From Spirosomataceae bacterium (GTDB lineage: Bacteria; Bacteroidota; Bacteroidia; Cytophagales; Spirosomataceae), in the NCBI GenBank assembly GCA_046292055.1, contig JBKBRQ010000001.1:24108-88107 (forward strand): DNA of 64,000 nt, given 5' to 3'. Shown here one piece after another: positions 17,990-27,912 of the stretch. Both the position numbers and the translations under genes were made by a program. The notes beneath the pieces were generated by a model. It saw nothing but the letters and a program-made list of their open reading frames with translations, was not told the DNA's origin and did no database searches. Every line of letters starts with the position of its first letter. Position 1 is the stretch's first letter.

Positions 17990-20347
17990 ATGAAATCAAT
18001 ATTAATTACTTTACTTTTTTTATTTCCTCCATTTCTATTTGCTCAAGATAAAATTGCAATCAGTGGTTACATTCGAGATAAAGCTGATGGAGAAGCTTTA
18101 ATCGGGGCTTCTGTTTTTATAAAAGAAGCAAATATCGGTATACAAACAAATGTATACGGGTTTTATTCATTGTCTGTTCTGCCAGGAAATTATACGATAA
18201 GCGTTTCGTATGTAGGATATGAGACTGTAGAGACAAAATTAAATGTAACTAAAAATTTTCAAAAAAACATTGAACTAGCTACTTCTTCAAATCAATTGAA
18301 TGAGGTGGTAATTTCTGCAGAATCTCCGAATGAAAATGTGAAAAGTTTGGAAATGTCTGTGAGTAAAGTAGCCATGAGTACTATTCGTAAAATGCCTGCT
18401 TTATTAGGTGAAGTTGATGTAATCAGGAGTATTCAGTTTCTACCTGGTGTTAGTACAGTAGGAGAAGGATCGTCAGGTTTTAATGTAAGAGGTGGAGGTA
18501 TAGACCAAAACTTAATCCTTTTAGACGAAGCACCTGTCTATAATTCGTCACATTTATTCGGTTTTTTCTCTGTCTTTAATCCAGACGCGGTAAAAGATGT
18601 TAAATTAATCAAAGGAGGAATTCCTGCAAATTATGGTGGACGTATATCCTCTATTTTGGATGTGCGAATGAAAGAAGGTAATTCAAAAAAAGGTGAATTT
18701 ACAGGAGGTATCGGGACAATTTTTACTCGTTTAGCTTATGAAAGGCCTATCGTGAAAGATAAGGGCTCATTTATTGTTGCTTTAAGGCGTTCCTATATTG
18801 ATGTTCTTGCGAAACCATTCTTAAATACTGATTTAAGAAACTCGCAGTTTTACTTCTATGATTTTACAGCTAAAGCAAATTATCGAATAAATGATAGGAA
18901 TAATGTTTACTTATCGGGATATTTTGGTCGTGATGTTTTTGGTTCAGGGTTTGGTTTTAATTGGGGAAATGGTACAACCACACTGCGTTGGAACCATGTT
19001 TTCAATCCTAAGTTATTTTCTAATTCAACAGTATTTTATAGTAATTACGATTATTCATTAAATTCTAATCTTGACGGTTCAGATACACAAGATTCTTTTC
19101 AATGGAAGTCAAATATCATCAATTACAGTTTTAAGCAAGATTTTACGTACTATCTGAATTCTAAAAACACGATGAATTTCGGGGGACAAGTCATTTATTA
19201 TGACTTTAGTCCAGGAGAAGCAATTGCAATTTCGAGCGGAGAAGAACGTAAAATAGGCTTAGATAATAAATATGCAGTAGAAACAGCATTTTATCTAGAT
19301 AATCAGCAAAGTATAGGTCGTAAATTGAGTTTGCAATATGGTCTGAGATATTCTATTTACCACTATATTGGACCGGGTAGAAAATTTACAATCACACCAA
19401 ATCAAGTAAATCTAGCTGATAGAGGAACGATTAGTAAAGTTGAAGATGTAAATAAGGGGGAAACAATTCAAATGTATGGGAATTGGGAACCACGCTTCGC
19501 GATGAATTATTCTTTATCGGCAAATAGTTCTTTTAAGCTTAGCTATAACCGTCTTGCTCAGTACGTTCATTTATTATCAAATACAGCTGCTTCTTCTCCT
19601 TTAGATGTTTGGACTCCTAGCACAAATAATATCAAACCACAAATTTCGAATCAAATAGCATTGGGTTATTTTCTGAATTTCAGTGAGAATAAATTTGAAG
19701 CTTCTGTAGAAACGTATTACAAGTCATTAGAAAATCAAATAGATTATGTAAGAAATGCTGATTTGTTATTAAATCCATTTGTAGAAGCTGATTTACTAAA
19801 TGGCACAGGTCGCGCGTATGGCGCAGAGTTTTATCTCAAGAAAAAAACAGGTAAATTAAATGGATGGGTAAGTTATACATTGTCTAAAACAGAGAGAAAG
19901 GTAAACGGGTTAAATAATGACGATTGGTTTGTTTCACGTATTGATAGACCACACAATTTGTCGGTAATTGCCATTTTTGAACCCAATAAAAGGATTAATT
20001 TTTCAGCTAATTTTACGTTTACAAGTGGAACCCCAGCTACATTTCCAAGCAATAAATTTCTTTTTCAAGGATATGCTTTGCCACATAACTTCAGTGATAA
20101 TCGAAATAATTATAGAATACCAGACACACATAGATTAGACATTTCCGCCACATTAAAAAACAAATATGCCTTATTCAAAAAAGGAGAAAGTGAATGGGTT
20201 TTATCTGTTTACAATGTGTACAATAGAAAAAACCCCTTTTCAGTTTATGTGAGACAAAATCCGGATAACCCTTCACAAACACAGGCAGTACGATTGGCGG
20301 TATTTGGTTCAATTCTTCCTGCAATTACATACAACTTTAAATTTTAA
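17990..20347 (+). CDS. TonB-dependent receptor with N-terminal carboxypeptidase-regulatory-like domain
   Basis: Signal peptide, ISGYIRDKADGEALIGASVF (CarboxypepD_reg), plug region, beta-barrel ending in a terminal ...YNFKF. Confidence 0.9.
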   Translation: MKSILITLLFLFPPFLFAQDKIAISGYIRDKADGEALIGASVFIKEANIGIQTNVYGFYSLSVLPGNYTISVSYVGYETVETKLNVTKNFQKNIELATSSNQLNEVVISAESPNENVKSLEMSVSKVAMSTIRKMPALLGEVDVIRSIQFLPGVSTVGEGSSGFNVRGGGIDQNLILLDEAPVYNSSHLFGFFSVFNPDAVKDVKLIKGGIPANYGGRISSILDVRMKEGNSKKGEFTGGIGTIFTRLAYERPIVKDKGSFIVALRRSYIDVLAKPFLNTDLRNSQFYFYDFTAKANYRINDRNNVYLSGYFGRDVFGSGFGFNWGNGTTTLRWNHVFNPKLFSNSTVFYSNYDYSLNSNLDGSDTQDSFQWKSNIINYSFKQDFTYYLNSKNTMNFGGQVIYYDFSPGEAIAISSGEERKIGLDNKYAVETAFYLDNQQSIGRKLSLQYGLRYSIYHYIGPGRKFTITPNQVNLADRGTISKVEDVNKGETIQMYGNWEPRFAMNYSLSANSSFKLSYNRLAQYVHLLSNTAASSPLDVWTPSTNNIKPQISNQIALGYFLNFSENKFEASVETYYKSLENQIDYVRNADLLLNPFVEADLLNGTGRAYGAEFYLKKKTGKLNGWVSYTLSKTERKVNGLNNDDWFVSRIDRPHNLSVIAIFEPNKRINFSANFTFTSGTPATFPSNKFLFQGYALPHNFSDNRNNYRIPDTHRLDISATLKNKYALFKKGESEWVLSVYNVYNRKNPFSVYVRQNPDNPSQTQAVRLAVFGSILPAITYNFKF

Positions 20348-20351
20348 ACGA

Positions 20352-21263
20352 ATGAATTATAAAAAAATAGCTTTCTTTTTTCTCATAAATATCAGTCTTA
20401 TGAGTTGTGAAGATGTGATAGATTTTAATTTGCTAGCTGACGGTGAAAATCAATTGGTAGTGGATGCTTGGTTAAATAATACAACTGACACTCAAAAAGT
20501 AGTTCTTAGTTATTCACAGCCATATTTTGATAATACAGATCCTAAAATGGTAAAAGGTGCTCGTGTATATTTGATAGATGAGGACCAAACGTTGTATAGT
20601 TTTAATGAAGGAAATGAACCTGGTGTTTATGAGTTTCAGCCAGTTTCAGAAACGCAAAGGTTTAATAAAATAGGTAAAACGTATCAATTATTTATAGAAA
20701 ATAATGGTGAGGTTTTTACATCTATTACAAAGCTAAATAGAGTTCCGACTATAGATTCTGTTCGGTATGAGTACTTCCAATTACCATTTGCTCCATCGGA
20801 CTCGGAAAATAGAGAGGGGTATATTGCAGAATTTTTTGCTAGAGATTTTCCTGGATTAGGAGATACATACTGGATTCGGCACAAAAAGAATGGAGTAAGA
20901 AATAATTCTCCTTCTCAAATTACCTTGGCTTACGATGCTGGTTTTTCGCCTGGTTCACAATCAGATGGTTTGATATTCATACAACCAATTCGAAGGTCTA
21001 TCAATAATGGTTCAAATTTATACCAAGATGGAGACGAAATTGAAGTAGAGTTAAATTCCATTTCTAACGAAGCATACTTGTTCTTGTCTTTGGTACGACA
21101 AGAGTCGTCGAATGGAGGAATATTTGCCGTTCCTTCAGGTAATATTCCAACAAATATTTTGAATGTTAATCAAAATTCGCGAGAAAAAGCACTTGGTTTT
21201 TTTGCAATTTCTGCTGTTAGCACATTTAAAACTCAGGTTAGAAGAGAATTAGCAAGAAAATAA
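20352..21263 (+). CDS. DUF4249-like lipoprotein (usual partner of this TonB-receptor class)
   Basis: Lipobox LMSC, and position immediately after the receptor. The family name is from memory. The ATG at 20352 is preferred to the overlapping track start. Confidence 0.65.
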   Translation: MNYKKIAFFFLINISLMSCEDVIDFNLLADGENQLVVDAWLNNTTDTQKVVLSYSQPYFDNTDPKMVKGARVYLIDEDQTLYSFNEGNEPGVYEFQPVSETQRFNKIGKTYQLFIENNGEVFTSITKLNRVPTIDSVRYEYFQLPFAPSDSENREGYIAEFFARDFPGLGDTYWIRHKKNGVRNNSPSQITLAYDAGFSPGSQSDGLIFIQPIRRSINNGSNLYQDGDEIEVELNSISNEAYLFLSLVRQESSNGGIFAVPSGNIPTNILNVNQNSREKALGFFAISAVSTFKTQVRRELARK

Positions 21264-21275
21264 AGAGAAGCTAAT

Positions 21276-21320
21276 AAAACAGCCGATTTACCAAATCAGT
21301 TTGATAAATCGGCTGTTTTT
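21276..21320. terminator. bidirectional intrinsic terminator (AAAACAGCCGATTTA / TAAATCGGCTGTTTTT)
   Basis: 15-bp stem between the convergent DUF4249 and mraY genes, with A- and T-tracts on either side. Confidence 0.8.
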
Positions 21321-21404
21321 ATTTTGTGTTTTCCTAAGTTCAAAAATGGATATGGAATGCAATTTTAATTCTGAACTTCTATCCATAAATGAATAGGTAA
21401 ATAT

Positions 21405-22613
21405 TTATCTCAGTTTCAAAGTGACCAAACTTAAAACGGCTAGAATAACACCTATAATCCAGAATCGTGTGACTATTTTAGCCTCGTGGTATCCTTTTTT
21501 CTGATAATGATGATGTAAAGGTGACATTAAGAAAAGCCTATTTTTTTGAGCATATTCTAATCCATGCTTTTTCTTCATGTATTTGAAATAAGACACTTGA
21601 AGAATCACTGATAGGTTTTCTACCAAGAAAATACCACACAAGATTGGAATAATAAGTTCTTTGCGAAGAATAAGAGAAAGTGTGGCAATGACACTACCAA
21701 GCATCAAACTGCCTGTATCACCCATAAAAACCTGTGCTGGGTATGCATTATACCACAGAAAACCTATACAAGCCCCCACAAAAGCAGCGCAAAATATGAC
21801 AACCTCACCAGAATTTGGGATTAGCATGATGTTAAGGTATTCAGCAAATATCTTATTACCAGATAAATATGCAAAAATAGCTATTGTTAGACCAATAATT
21901 GCGGAGGTTCCTGCTGCTAGTCCATCAATTCCATCTGTAATATTTGCACCATTTGAGACTGCTGTAATGATGAAAATACAAATTAGCACATACGGAATCC
22001 AAGCGAGTGAATCTGGAAGAAAAGAGGATAAGTGAGAGTAGTCCAATTCATTATTTTTTAGAAAAGGCACAGTTGTAGTTAAGGTGTTTTTATCGATAAA
22101 TCGAGTGACCTCACCAAGACTATTTTTTTTGAATACCCGTACAACTACATTTTCATTGAAATACAAAGTAAGTCCAACGATTAAGCCAAGACCAATTTGA
22201 CCAATCACTTTGAATTTACCTTTCAGTCCTTCTTTATCCTTCTTAAAAACCTTTATGTAGTCATCAGCAAAGCCGATCATGCTTGTCCAAAGTGTGGTTA
22301 TAATAAGTAGAATAACATACACATTGTCGAGTCGGCTAAACAAAATAACGGGAATTAATAATGAAGCAATAATGATAAAACCGCCCATTGTTGGTGTTCC
22401 TTTTTTCTCCATTTGACCTGAAAGTCCTAGGTCTCGGATACTTTCACCAATCTGTAAATTTTGGAGTAATGAGATGATTTTTTTTCCAAAAATAGCGGCA
22501 ATTAAAAGAGATAAGATTGTAGCTGCGGAAGCTCTAAAGGAAATGTATCTAAATACACCGGCACCTGGAAAATCAAATGTTTGGTCTAAGTAATTAAATA
22601 AATAGTATAGCAT
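21405..22613 (-). CDS. mraY: phospho-N-acetylmuramoyl-pentapeptide transferase
   Basis: MLYYLFNYL...[14 protein letters not shown] start, and [11 protein letters not shown]. The ATG at 22613 is chosen; the track's upstream extension is implausible. Confidence 0.95.
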   Translation of the reverse strand: MLYYLFNYLDQTFDFPGAGVFRYISFRASAATILSLLIAAIFGKKIISLLQNLQIGESIRDLGLSGQMEKKGTPTMGGFIIIASLLIPVILFSRLDNVYVILLIITTLWTSMIGFADDYIKVFKKDKEGLKGKFKVIGQIGLGLIVGLTLYFNENVVVRVFKKNSLGEVTRFIDKNTLTTTVPFLKNNELDYSHLSSFLPDSLAWIPYVLICIFIITAVSNGANITDGIDGLAAGTSAIIGLTIAIFAYLSGNKIFAEYLNIMLIPNSGEVVIFCAAFVGACIGFLWYNAYPAQVFMGDTGSLMLGSVIATLSLILRKELIIPILCGIFLVENLSVILQVSYFKYMKKKHGLEYAQKNRLFLMSPLHHHYQKKGYHEAKIVTRFWIIGVILAVLSLVTLKLR

Positions 22614-22632
22614 AAAGTATTGTTTAGTTGAG

Positions 22633-22640
22633 CAAAGGTA
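22633..22640 (-). promoter_or_regulatory. -7 box TAccTTTG (mraY promoter)
   Basis: Reverse complement of CAAAGGTA, 19 nt upstream of the mraY ATG and just downstream of the preceding terminator. Confidence 0.45.
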
Positions 22641-22641
22641 T

Positions 22642-22674
22642 AAAAAAAGAGAAGTACAAGAATAGTACTTCTCT
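22642..22674 (-). terminator. intrinsic terminator after the VWA-like lipoprotein gene
   Basis: AGAGAAGTAC / GTACTTCTCT 10-bp stem. On the minus strand it is followed by a 7-U tract. Confidence 0.75.
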
Positions 22675-22695
22675 GTGTATATAATTATATTGATA

Positions 22696-23472
22696 TTAAA
22701 TTTCTTCAAAAGATGAAGCACCTAGACTTTCGAAGACGACTTTCCAATAGGTACTTACTGTTGGGTTATTTATTTTGGTTGAACTGAGTGGGTCAAAAGG
22801 TAATATACTTTTTATCGTGACACCATTCAAATTGATATCCTGCATTTTTTCAACATCTTCTTCTGCCCATTTTGTAGCTTCATCCATACTTGATGGTGGA
22901 TTTACATGAAAGTCTCTTCCGTTTGACGTACTTTCTATCATATCACTAAAAAAATAAACAGAAATTACTTTTTCACCAGTATTATGCGCATTGATAATTT
23001 GAAGGGAAGATGTAATGTCTGTAAATTTATTTGACTCTTGATTGTTTTTCGTACCAAATATCTTGAGTATTTTCTTTGTAAATTGATTTTTCTCTTTTCC
23101 AATTTGGAGTTGATAGTCAAGCTCACTCATTTCTTTATCCGTTGTATTCATGTTGGAGATATCTTCCATTTCTGTCATGCAATTCAATGTCAGACAACGT
23201 CCTTTTAAGGTATTTTCATGAATATAATAGCCTTCTAATTGGTCTCCGGCTTTTAAAACACCTTCTTGTAAAATAGTAGTGACAGCTTCCTTATATTTTG
23301 ATTGTACGTATGAATTGTCAAAGTCTATACTTACTGATTTATCAATGAAGATAAGCGATAAAATATTTTTGGATTTAGGTAAATTTTCATTCGTTGCTTC
23401 AGGTGAGCAGCTAAATGTAACACTAGAAATGAAGGCGATACTAAGTATAACCCAGACTTTTTTGAATTTCAT
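22696..23472 (-). CDS. lipoprotein with VWA-like fold signature (putative MIDAS DxSxS)
   Basis: Lipobox [16 protein letters not shown] (D-x-S-x-S), TDITSSL and [11 protein letters not shown] are spaced as in von Willebrand A domains. Assigned by eye only. Confidence 0.6.
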   Translation of the reverse strand: MKFKKVWVILSIAFISSVTFSCSPEATNENLPKSKNILSLIFIDKSVSIDFDNSYVQSKYKEAVTTILQEGVLKAGDQLEGYYIHENTLKGRCLTLNCMTEMEDISNMNTTDKEMSELDYQLQIGKEKNQFTKKILKIFGTKNNQESNKFTDITSSLQIINAHNTGEKVISVYFFSDMIESTSNGRDFHVNPPSSMDEATKWAEEDVEKMQDINLNGVTIKSILPFDPLSSTKINNPTVSTYWKVVFESLGASSFEEI

Positions 23473-23490
23473 AAATGGTAGAAAGTAAAT

Positions 23491-23847
23491 TTAAAATATG
23501 TCTTTAAAATGTTCCAACTGTAACTCCGGTTTTTGAATAATTGAAATAAAGTCAAATCGAATATCGCCTGCCCACGGTTTTCTAGAAAGGTACGCCTCAC
23601 CTGCTCTAAAGATTGCTTGTTTCTTTGCCTTAGACATTCCATCCTCCGGGAATCCAAATGTTGCATCATTTCTTAATCTAATTTCTACAAATACAAGTAT
23701 GTTTTTCTCTTGTGCAACGACATCAATTTCCAAGTTTCCAATGCGTACATTGCGTTCTTGAATTTGATAGTTGTTTTTCACTAGGTACTCAACGGCATAA
23801 TCTTCTCCAAATTTTCCTTGTTCTTTTTTATCTTTCATGGCACTCAT
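23491..23847 (-). CDS. yraN: YraN family (UPF0102) endonuclease-like protein
   Basis: GEDYAVEYL...NLEIDVVAQEKNILVFVEIRLR pattern. The ATG at 23847 is chosen. Confidence 0.85.
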   Translation of the reverse strand: MSAMKDKKEQGKFGEDYAVEYLVKNNYQIQERNVRIGNLEIDVVAQEKNILVFVEIRLRNDATFGFPEDGMSKAKKQAIFRAGEAYLSRKPWAGDIRFDFISIIQKPELQLEHFKDIF

Positions 23848-23922
23848 TCTTGTTTGAAGTTGTAATTTAATAAAAGTTACTTTAATTAGAAATTTTCTAA
23901 TTTTAACAAAACGAATGTTTAA

Positions 23923-24636
23923 ATGGAAAAAAATAAACAAGTCATTTTCAAATCGCTTGGTTTGATTGACTATAAACAAGCTTGGGATTTACAAGAAGGA
24001 TTGTTCAAAAATACGGTAGATAGTAAGTTGGAAAGTAAAAGACAGCCAAGTAGTAATGCAATACAGACTACAAACCATCTTTTGTTTTGTGAACATCCTC
24101 CTGTTTATACGCTGGGGAAAAGTGGAAAAATGGAAAATCTTTTACTTAACGAAGAAGAGCTAAAGGATAAAGGAGCCAATTTTTATAAAATTAATCGGGG
24201 AGGTGACATTACTTTTCATGGTCCTGGACAATTGGTAGCTTATCCTATCTTAGATTTAGATAATTTTTTTACGGATATCCATAAATATATGCGACTCTTG
24301 GAAGAAGCAGTTATCTTGACCTTACAAGATTTTGGAATTGAAGCTGGTCGAATTGATGGATTAACTGGAGTGTGGGTTGATTATATTCAACAGAAAAATC
24401 CACGTAAAATTTGTGCAATGGGTGTAAAAGCAAGTCGTTGGGTTACGATGCATGGCCTCGCTCTGAACGTAAATACAGATTTACACTATTTTAATTACAT
24501 CGTACCGTGTGGGATTGATGATAAGGCTGTCACTTCTATGAATTTTGAATTAGGAAGGGAAGTTCCAATGTCTGAGGTTGAATTGGCTTTGAAATTACAC
24601 CTTGCGGATTTATTTGAGATGCACATTATCGATTAA
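23923..24636 (+). CDS. lipB: lipoyl(octanoyl) transferase
   Basis: RGGDITFHGPGQLVAYPI, and KICAMGVK (catalytic Cys/Lys region). Confidence 0.95.
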   Translation: MEKNKQVIFKSLGLIDYKQAWDLQEGLFKNTVDSKLESKRQPSSNAIQTTNHLLFCEHPPVYTLGKSGKMENLLLNEEELKDKGANFYKINRGGDITFHGPGQLVAYPILDLDNFFTDIHKYMRLLEEAVILTLQDFGIEAGRIDGLTGVWVDYIQQKNPRKICAMGVKASRWVTMHGLALNVNTDLHYFNYIVPCGIDDKAVTSMNFELGREVPMSEVELALKLHLADLFEMHIID

Positions 24637-24647
24637 TAATTGAAAAA

Positions 24648-25787
24648 ATGCATAAAATATATTTTGATAATGCTTCAACAACACTCTTATTTCCTGAAGT
24701 TTTGGAAAAAATGACAAAAGAGTATCATTACTTATTTGGTAATCCATCTAGCAGATTCCATTCTGCTGGTTGGGAGGCTGATGAAAAAGTGTCTGAAGCA
24801 AGAGCTTTTATTTCTGCTTTTTTGGGTGCTTCTCCAACTGAATTGGTTTTTACAAGTGGTTCTTCAGAGGGAATAAAAATGGTTTTCAATCATTTTTTTT
24901 GGAATAAAAAAGTACATGTTGTTACAAACAAAACAGAACATAAAATTACTCTTTTAGGGGCTGAGTCTCTTCAAAAAAGAGATTGGCAGGTGACGTACTT
25001 ATCTGTTGATACAAAGGGTGGATTAGATTTTGAATACGAAGTAGATAATCTTCTGAAAGAAGAACACTACTTATTCGTACTTATGCTTGGTAATAACGAA
25101 ATTGGCACCGTTCATGATTTAGCTCAATGCGTCAAAAAGATAAGACGTAACTTTCCCAATGCCTATATATTAACAGATGCTACACAGGCAGTTACAAAAA
25201 TTACCATTGATTTTCAGTCGCTTGATGTTGATTTTCTTGTTTTTTCTGCACACAAATTTCATGGTCCTAAGGGCATTGGTGGTTTATTGATTAAAAAAGG
25301 CACTGAGTTTAGTCCATTTGGGATTTCGGAAGGACAAGAAAGAGGTAGGCGAGGTGGTACTTTAAATGTTCAAGGTATTCGTGGAATGTACCATGCATTG
25401 AGACAAGTACGTGCGATGAGTAAGGATTCAGTATTTCATTTAAAACAAAAAAGAGACATATTTGAGCAACTAATTTTTGCTGAAATCAATGAAGTTCAAA
25501 AGATAGGTGATGTAGAGAATAGATTACCCCATATTTCTAATTTATTGTTTCAGGGCATTTATTCAGAAGAGCTATTGCATTCATTCACGAAAGTAGCAGC
25601 ATCAAATGGTTCCGCATGTAATTCAGCTAATATTTACCCTTCACACGTTCTTCTAGCAATCGGACTGACACCAGAGTTGGCGTTAAGTTGTGTTCGGTTC
25701 AGTTTTTCTTTTCTAACTACAGAAGAAGAAATAGAAAGTGGTGCAAAACATGTGATTGAGTGCATAAAAAAACGCTGGAAAAAATAA
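24648..25787 (+). CDS. cysteine desulfurase (class V aminotransferase, NifS/IscS-like)
   Basis: PLP lysine FSAHKFHGPKGIG and active-site Cys SNGSACNS. Confidence 0.85.
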   Translation: MHKIYFDNASTTLLFPEVLEKMTKEYHYLFGNPSSRFHSAGWEADEKVSEARAFISAFLGASPTELVFTSGSSEGIKMVFNHFFWNKKVHVVTNKTEHKITLLGAESLQKRDWQVTYLSVDTKGGLDFEYEVDNLLKEEHYLFVLMLGNNEIGTVHDLAQCVKKIRRNFPNAYILTDATQAVTKITIDFQSLDVDFLVFSAHKFHGPKGIGGLLIKKGTEFSPFGISEGQERGRRGGTLNVQGIRGMYHALRQVRAMSKDSVFHLKQKRDIFEQLIFAEINEVQKIGDVENRLPHISNLLFQGIYSEELLHSFTKVAASNGSACNSANIYPSHVLLAIGLTPELALSCVRFSFSFLTTEEEIESGAKHVIECIKKRWKK

Positions 25788-25803
25788 TTTCCAGCGTTTT
25801 TTT
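25771..25803. terminator. bidirectional intrinsic terminator (AACGCTGGAA / TTCCAGCGTT plus T-tract)
   Basis: 10-bp stem overlapping the cysteine desulfurase stop codon. The T-run extends to 25803. The convergent dsbD-like gene ends at 25811. Confidence 0.75.
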
Positions 25804-25810
25804 ATGCTTG

Positions 25811-27802
25811 TTAGTTGTCGAAAAACTTATTTTTTCCTTCATTAAGCCAATTCAGAAAGTCTTTTTCAGACGAATAGCCAATGGGTTTCATTATAATTGA
25901 GCCTTTTGCATCAATGATGATGTAATACGGTTGTGCATTGTTATTGAATTGTGTAATCTCATACTCCATATTTTTTGCTCCAATTGTCTTAATCATTTCG
26001 TTACTGTAACTTGATAGATATTGCTTTTCAAGTGGTAATTCTTTCTTGTCATCTACGTATAAAGAAGCAATGATAAATTCATCACCTAACACCTTTTTCA
26101 CTTCAGGCTTTGACCATACATTTTCTTCCATTTTCCGACAATTTGCACACGCATATCCAGTAAAATCAATTAATATCGGTTTATTTGCCTGAACAGCATA
26201 CATTTTTGCGTCATCAATGTCATAAAATCCCCAAAGATTATGTGGAAGTGCCCTCATGTTTTCAGCGGGTGCATTATTGGCGTTTGCTGTAGTTTCAATG
26301 GGAGCGGGTGGGAGTATACCAGACAAAGCGGATAAAGATTTTCCCGTAATTCCTGGAACCATGTAAAGTGTAAGTGCGGCAAAAATAGAGGCAAAAAACA
26401 GACGTGACCAATGGTATTTTTCAACTCGATTATCTTTAGAAAATCGAATAAGTCCAAGAATATAAAGTGTGATTAATACGCCTATAACTATCCAGATTAA
26501 TAAGAACAAGTTTCTGTGAATCAGGTTTAGGTGATATGTCAAGTCAATGTTGCTCAAAAACTTAAGTGCTAATGCAAATTCTAAAAGTCCAAATACTGCT
26601 TTTAATTCATTTAGCCATCCACCAGATTTTGGCAGTGTTTTAAGGAACTGCGGGAACATGGCTAATCCGGAAAAAACAAGAGCGAAAGGAAGCCCAAAAG
26701 CTAGCATTCCATAAAGTGGACGCATTACCTCACCTTGCGACGAGTAAATCAGTAATGAACCTACAAAAGGTACAGTACAGCTAAATGATACAACGACGAG
26801 TGTCAGTGCCATGAAGAATATCCCAACAAGTCCACCTTTTTCGGATAATTGATCAATTTTATTGACTGTTTCATGAGGCATCACAATTTCAAATGCACCT
26901 AAAAGTGAAATACCAAATACAATAAATAGGATAAAGAAAATTAAATTAGGTATCCAATGTGTACTAATGAAGTTTAGGAAAGGTGCACCAAATAGCATAG
27001 TTACAAAACCCATAACACTGAAAATCGCCATGATGGACACGCCATAAAATATTGCCTTAAATTTACCCTTCTCTTGTTTGGTAAAGAAACTTACCGTCAT
27101 CGGCATAATTGGGTAAATACATGGCATAAATATAGAAGCTAAACCCGCCATGAAAGCGATGAAAAGGAAGTCTAGTAAAGAAGATTCTTCTTCTTTTTCT
27201 GTTTCTAATTCATTTGTTTTTTGTAGTTCTTTTTGGGTTTGTAATGTATCAATTTGTGTAGGTTGTGCCGATACATTTGTTGTATCTTTTTCAACCAACA
27301 TGAGCGAGTCTTTTTTAGTGACATTTTTTACAGTCGGACTTGCTGCGACAGAAATCGTAAATTTCTCTTTTCCGTTAATACATCTTCCATCAACATCTGT
27401 ACAAGATTGAAATTCGATTTCTCCTGATACAGACACATTTTCGGATAAAATTTGTATTTTTTGTACAAATACTGCTTTGTCTGTAAAGTATTTGATATTT
27501 GCTCCCCAAATTTCATCATACTTTGTTTTTGGACTTTTTGGAGAAACGCCACCGATTAGTTTATATTCTTTACTAGGATTGAATAGAAATCTCGTTACAA
27601 TTGGTCCAATTTCGGGGTCAAAGTCTGATGAGTATAGATACCATCCTTTTTTTATAGATGCTTCAAATCTTAATTCGATTATTTCACCGACAGTAGGATT
27701 TATATTCGATGCGGAGGATGTCCAAGTAGTTGGTGTTTCAATTTGAGCAAAAGAGACGATACTACTTATTAGAAGAATGAAGAACAAGGTTATTTTTCGC
27801 AT
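25811..27802 (-). CDS. DsbD-like thiol:disulfide interchange protein (N-terminal periplasmic domain, CcdA membrane core, thioredoxin domain)
   Basis: Signal peptide MRKITLFFILL, multiple TM helices with a CIYP motif, and C-terminal FTGYACANCRKME (CxxC). The ATG at 27802 is chosen. Confidence 0.85.
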   Translation of the reverse strand: MRKITLFFILLISSIVSFAQIETPTTWTSSASNINPTVGEIIELRFEASIKKGWYLYSSDFDPEIGPIVTRFLFNPSKEYKLIGGVSPKSPKTKYDEIWGANIKYFTDKAVFVQKIQILSENVSVSGEIEFQSCTDVDGRCINGKEKFTISVAASPTVKNVTKKDSLMLVEKDTTNVSAQPTQIDTLQTQKELQKTNELETEKEEESSLLDFLFIAFMAGLASIFMPCIYPIMPMTVSFFTKQEKGKFKAIFYGVSIMAIFSVMGFVTMLFGAPFLNFISTHWIPNLIFFILFIVFGISLLGAFEIVMPHETVNKIDQLSEKGGLVGIFFMALTLVVVSFSCTVPFVGSLLIYSSQGEVMRPLYGMLAFGLPFALVFSGLAMFPQFLKTLPKSGGWLNELKAVFGLLEFALALKFLSNIDLTYHLNLIHRNLFLLIWIVIGVLITLYILGLIRFSKDNRVEKYHWSRLFFASIFAALTLYMVPGITGKSLSALSGILPPAPIETTANANNAPAENMRALPHNLWGFYDIDDAKMYAVQANKPILIDFTGYACANCRKMEENVWSKPEVKKVLGDEFIIASLYVDDKKELPLEKQYLSSYSNEMIKTIGAKNMEYEITQFNNNAQPYYIIIDAKGSIIMKPIGYSSEKDFLNWLNEGKNKFFDN

Positions 27803-27912
27803 TTTAAAGGCTTTTAGCATGCCTAGATAGGTCATGCAAAATTTGAGAATACATTTTAAACAAAAAATTGCTTGAAAGTATTCCATTTCAAGCAATTTCT
27901 GAAGTTTAAAAC

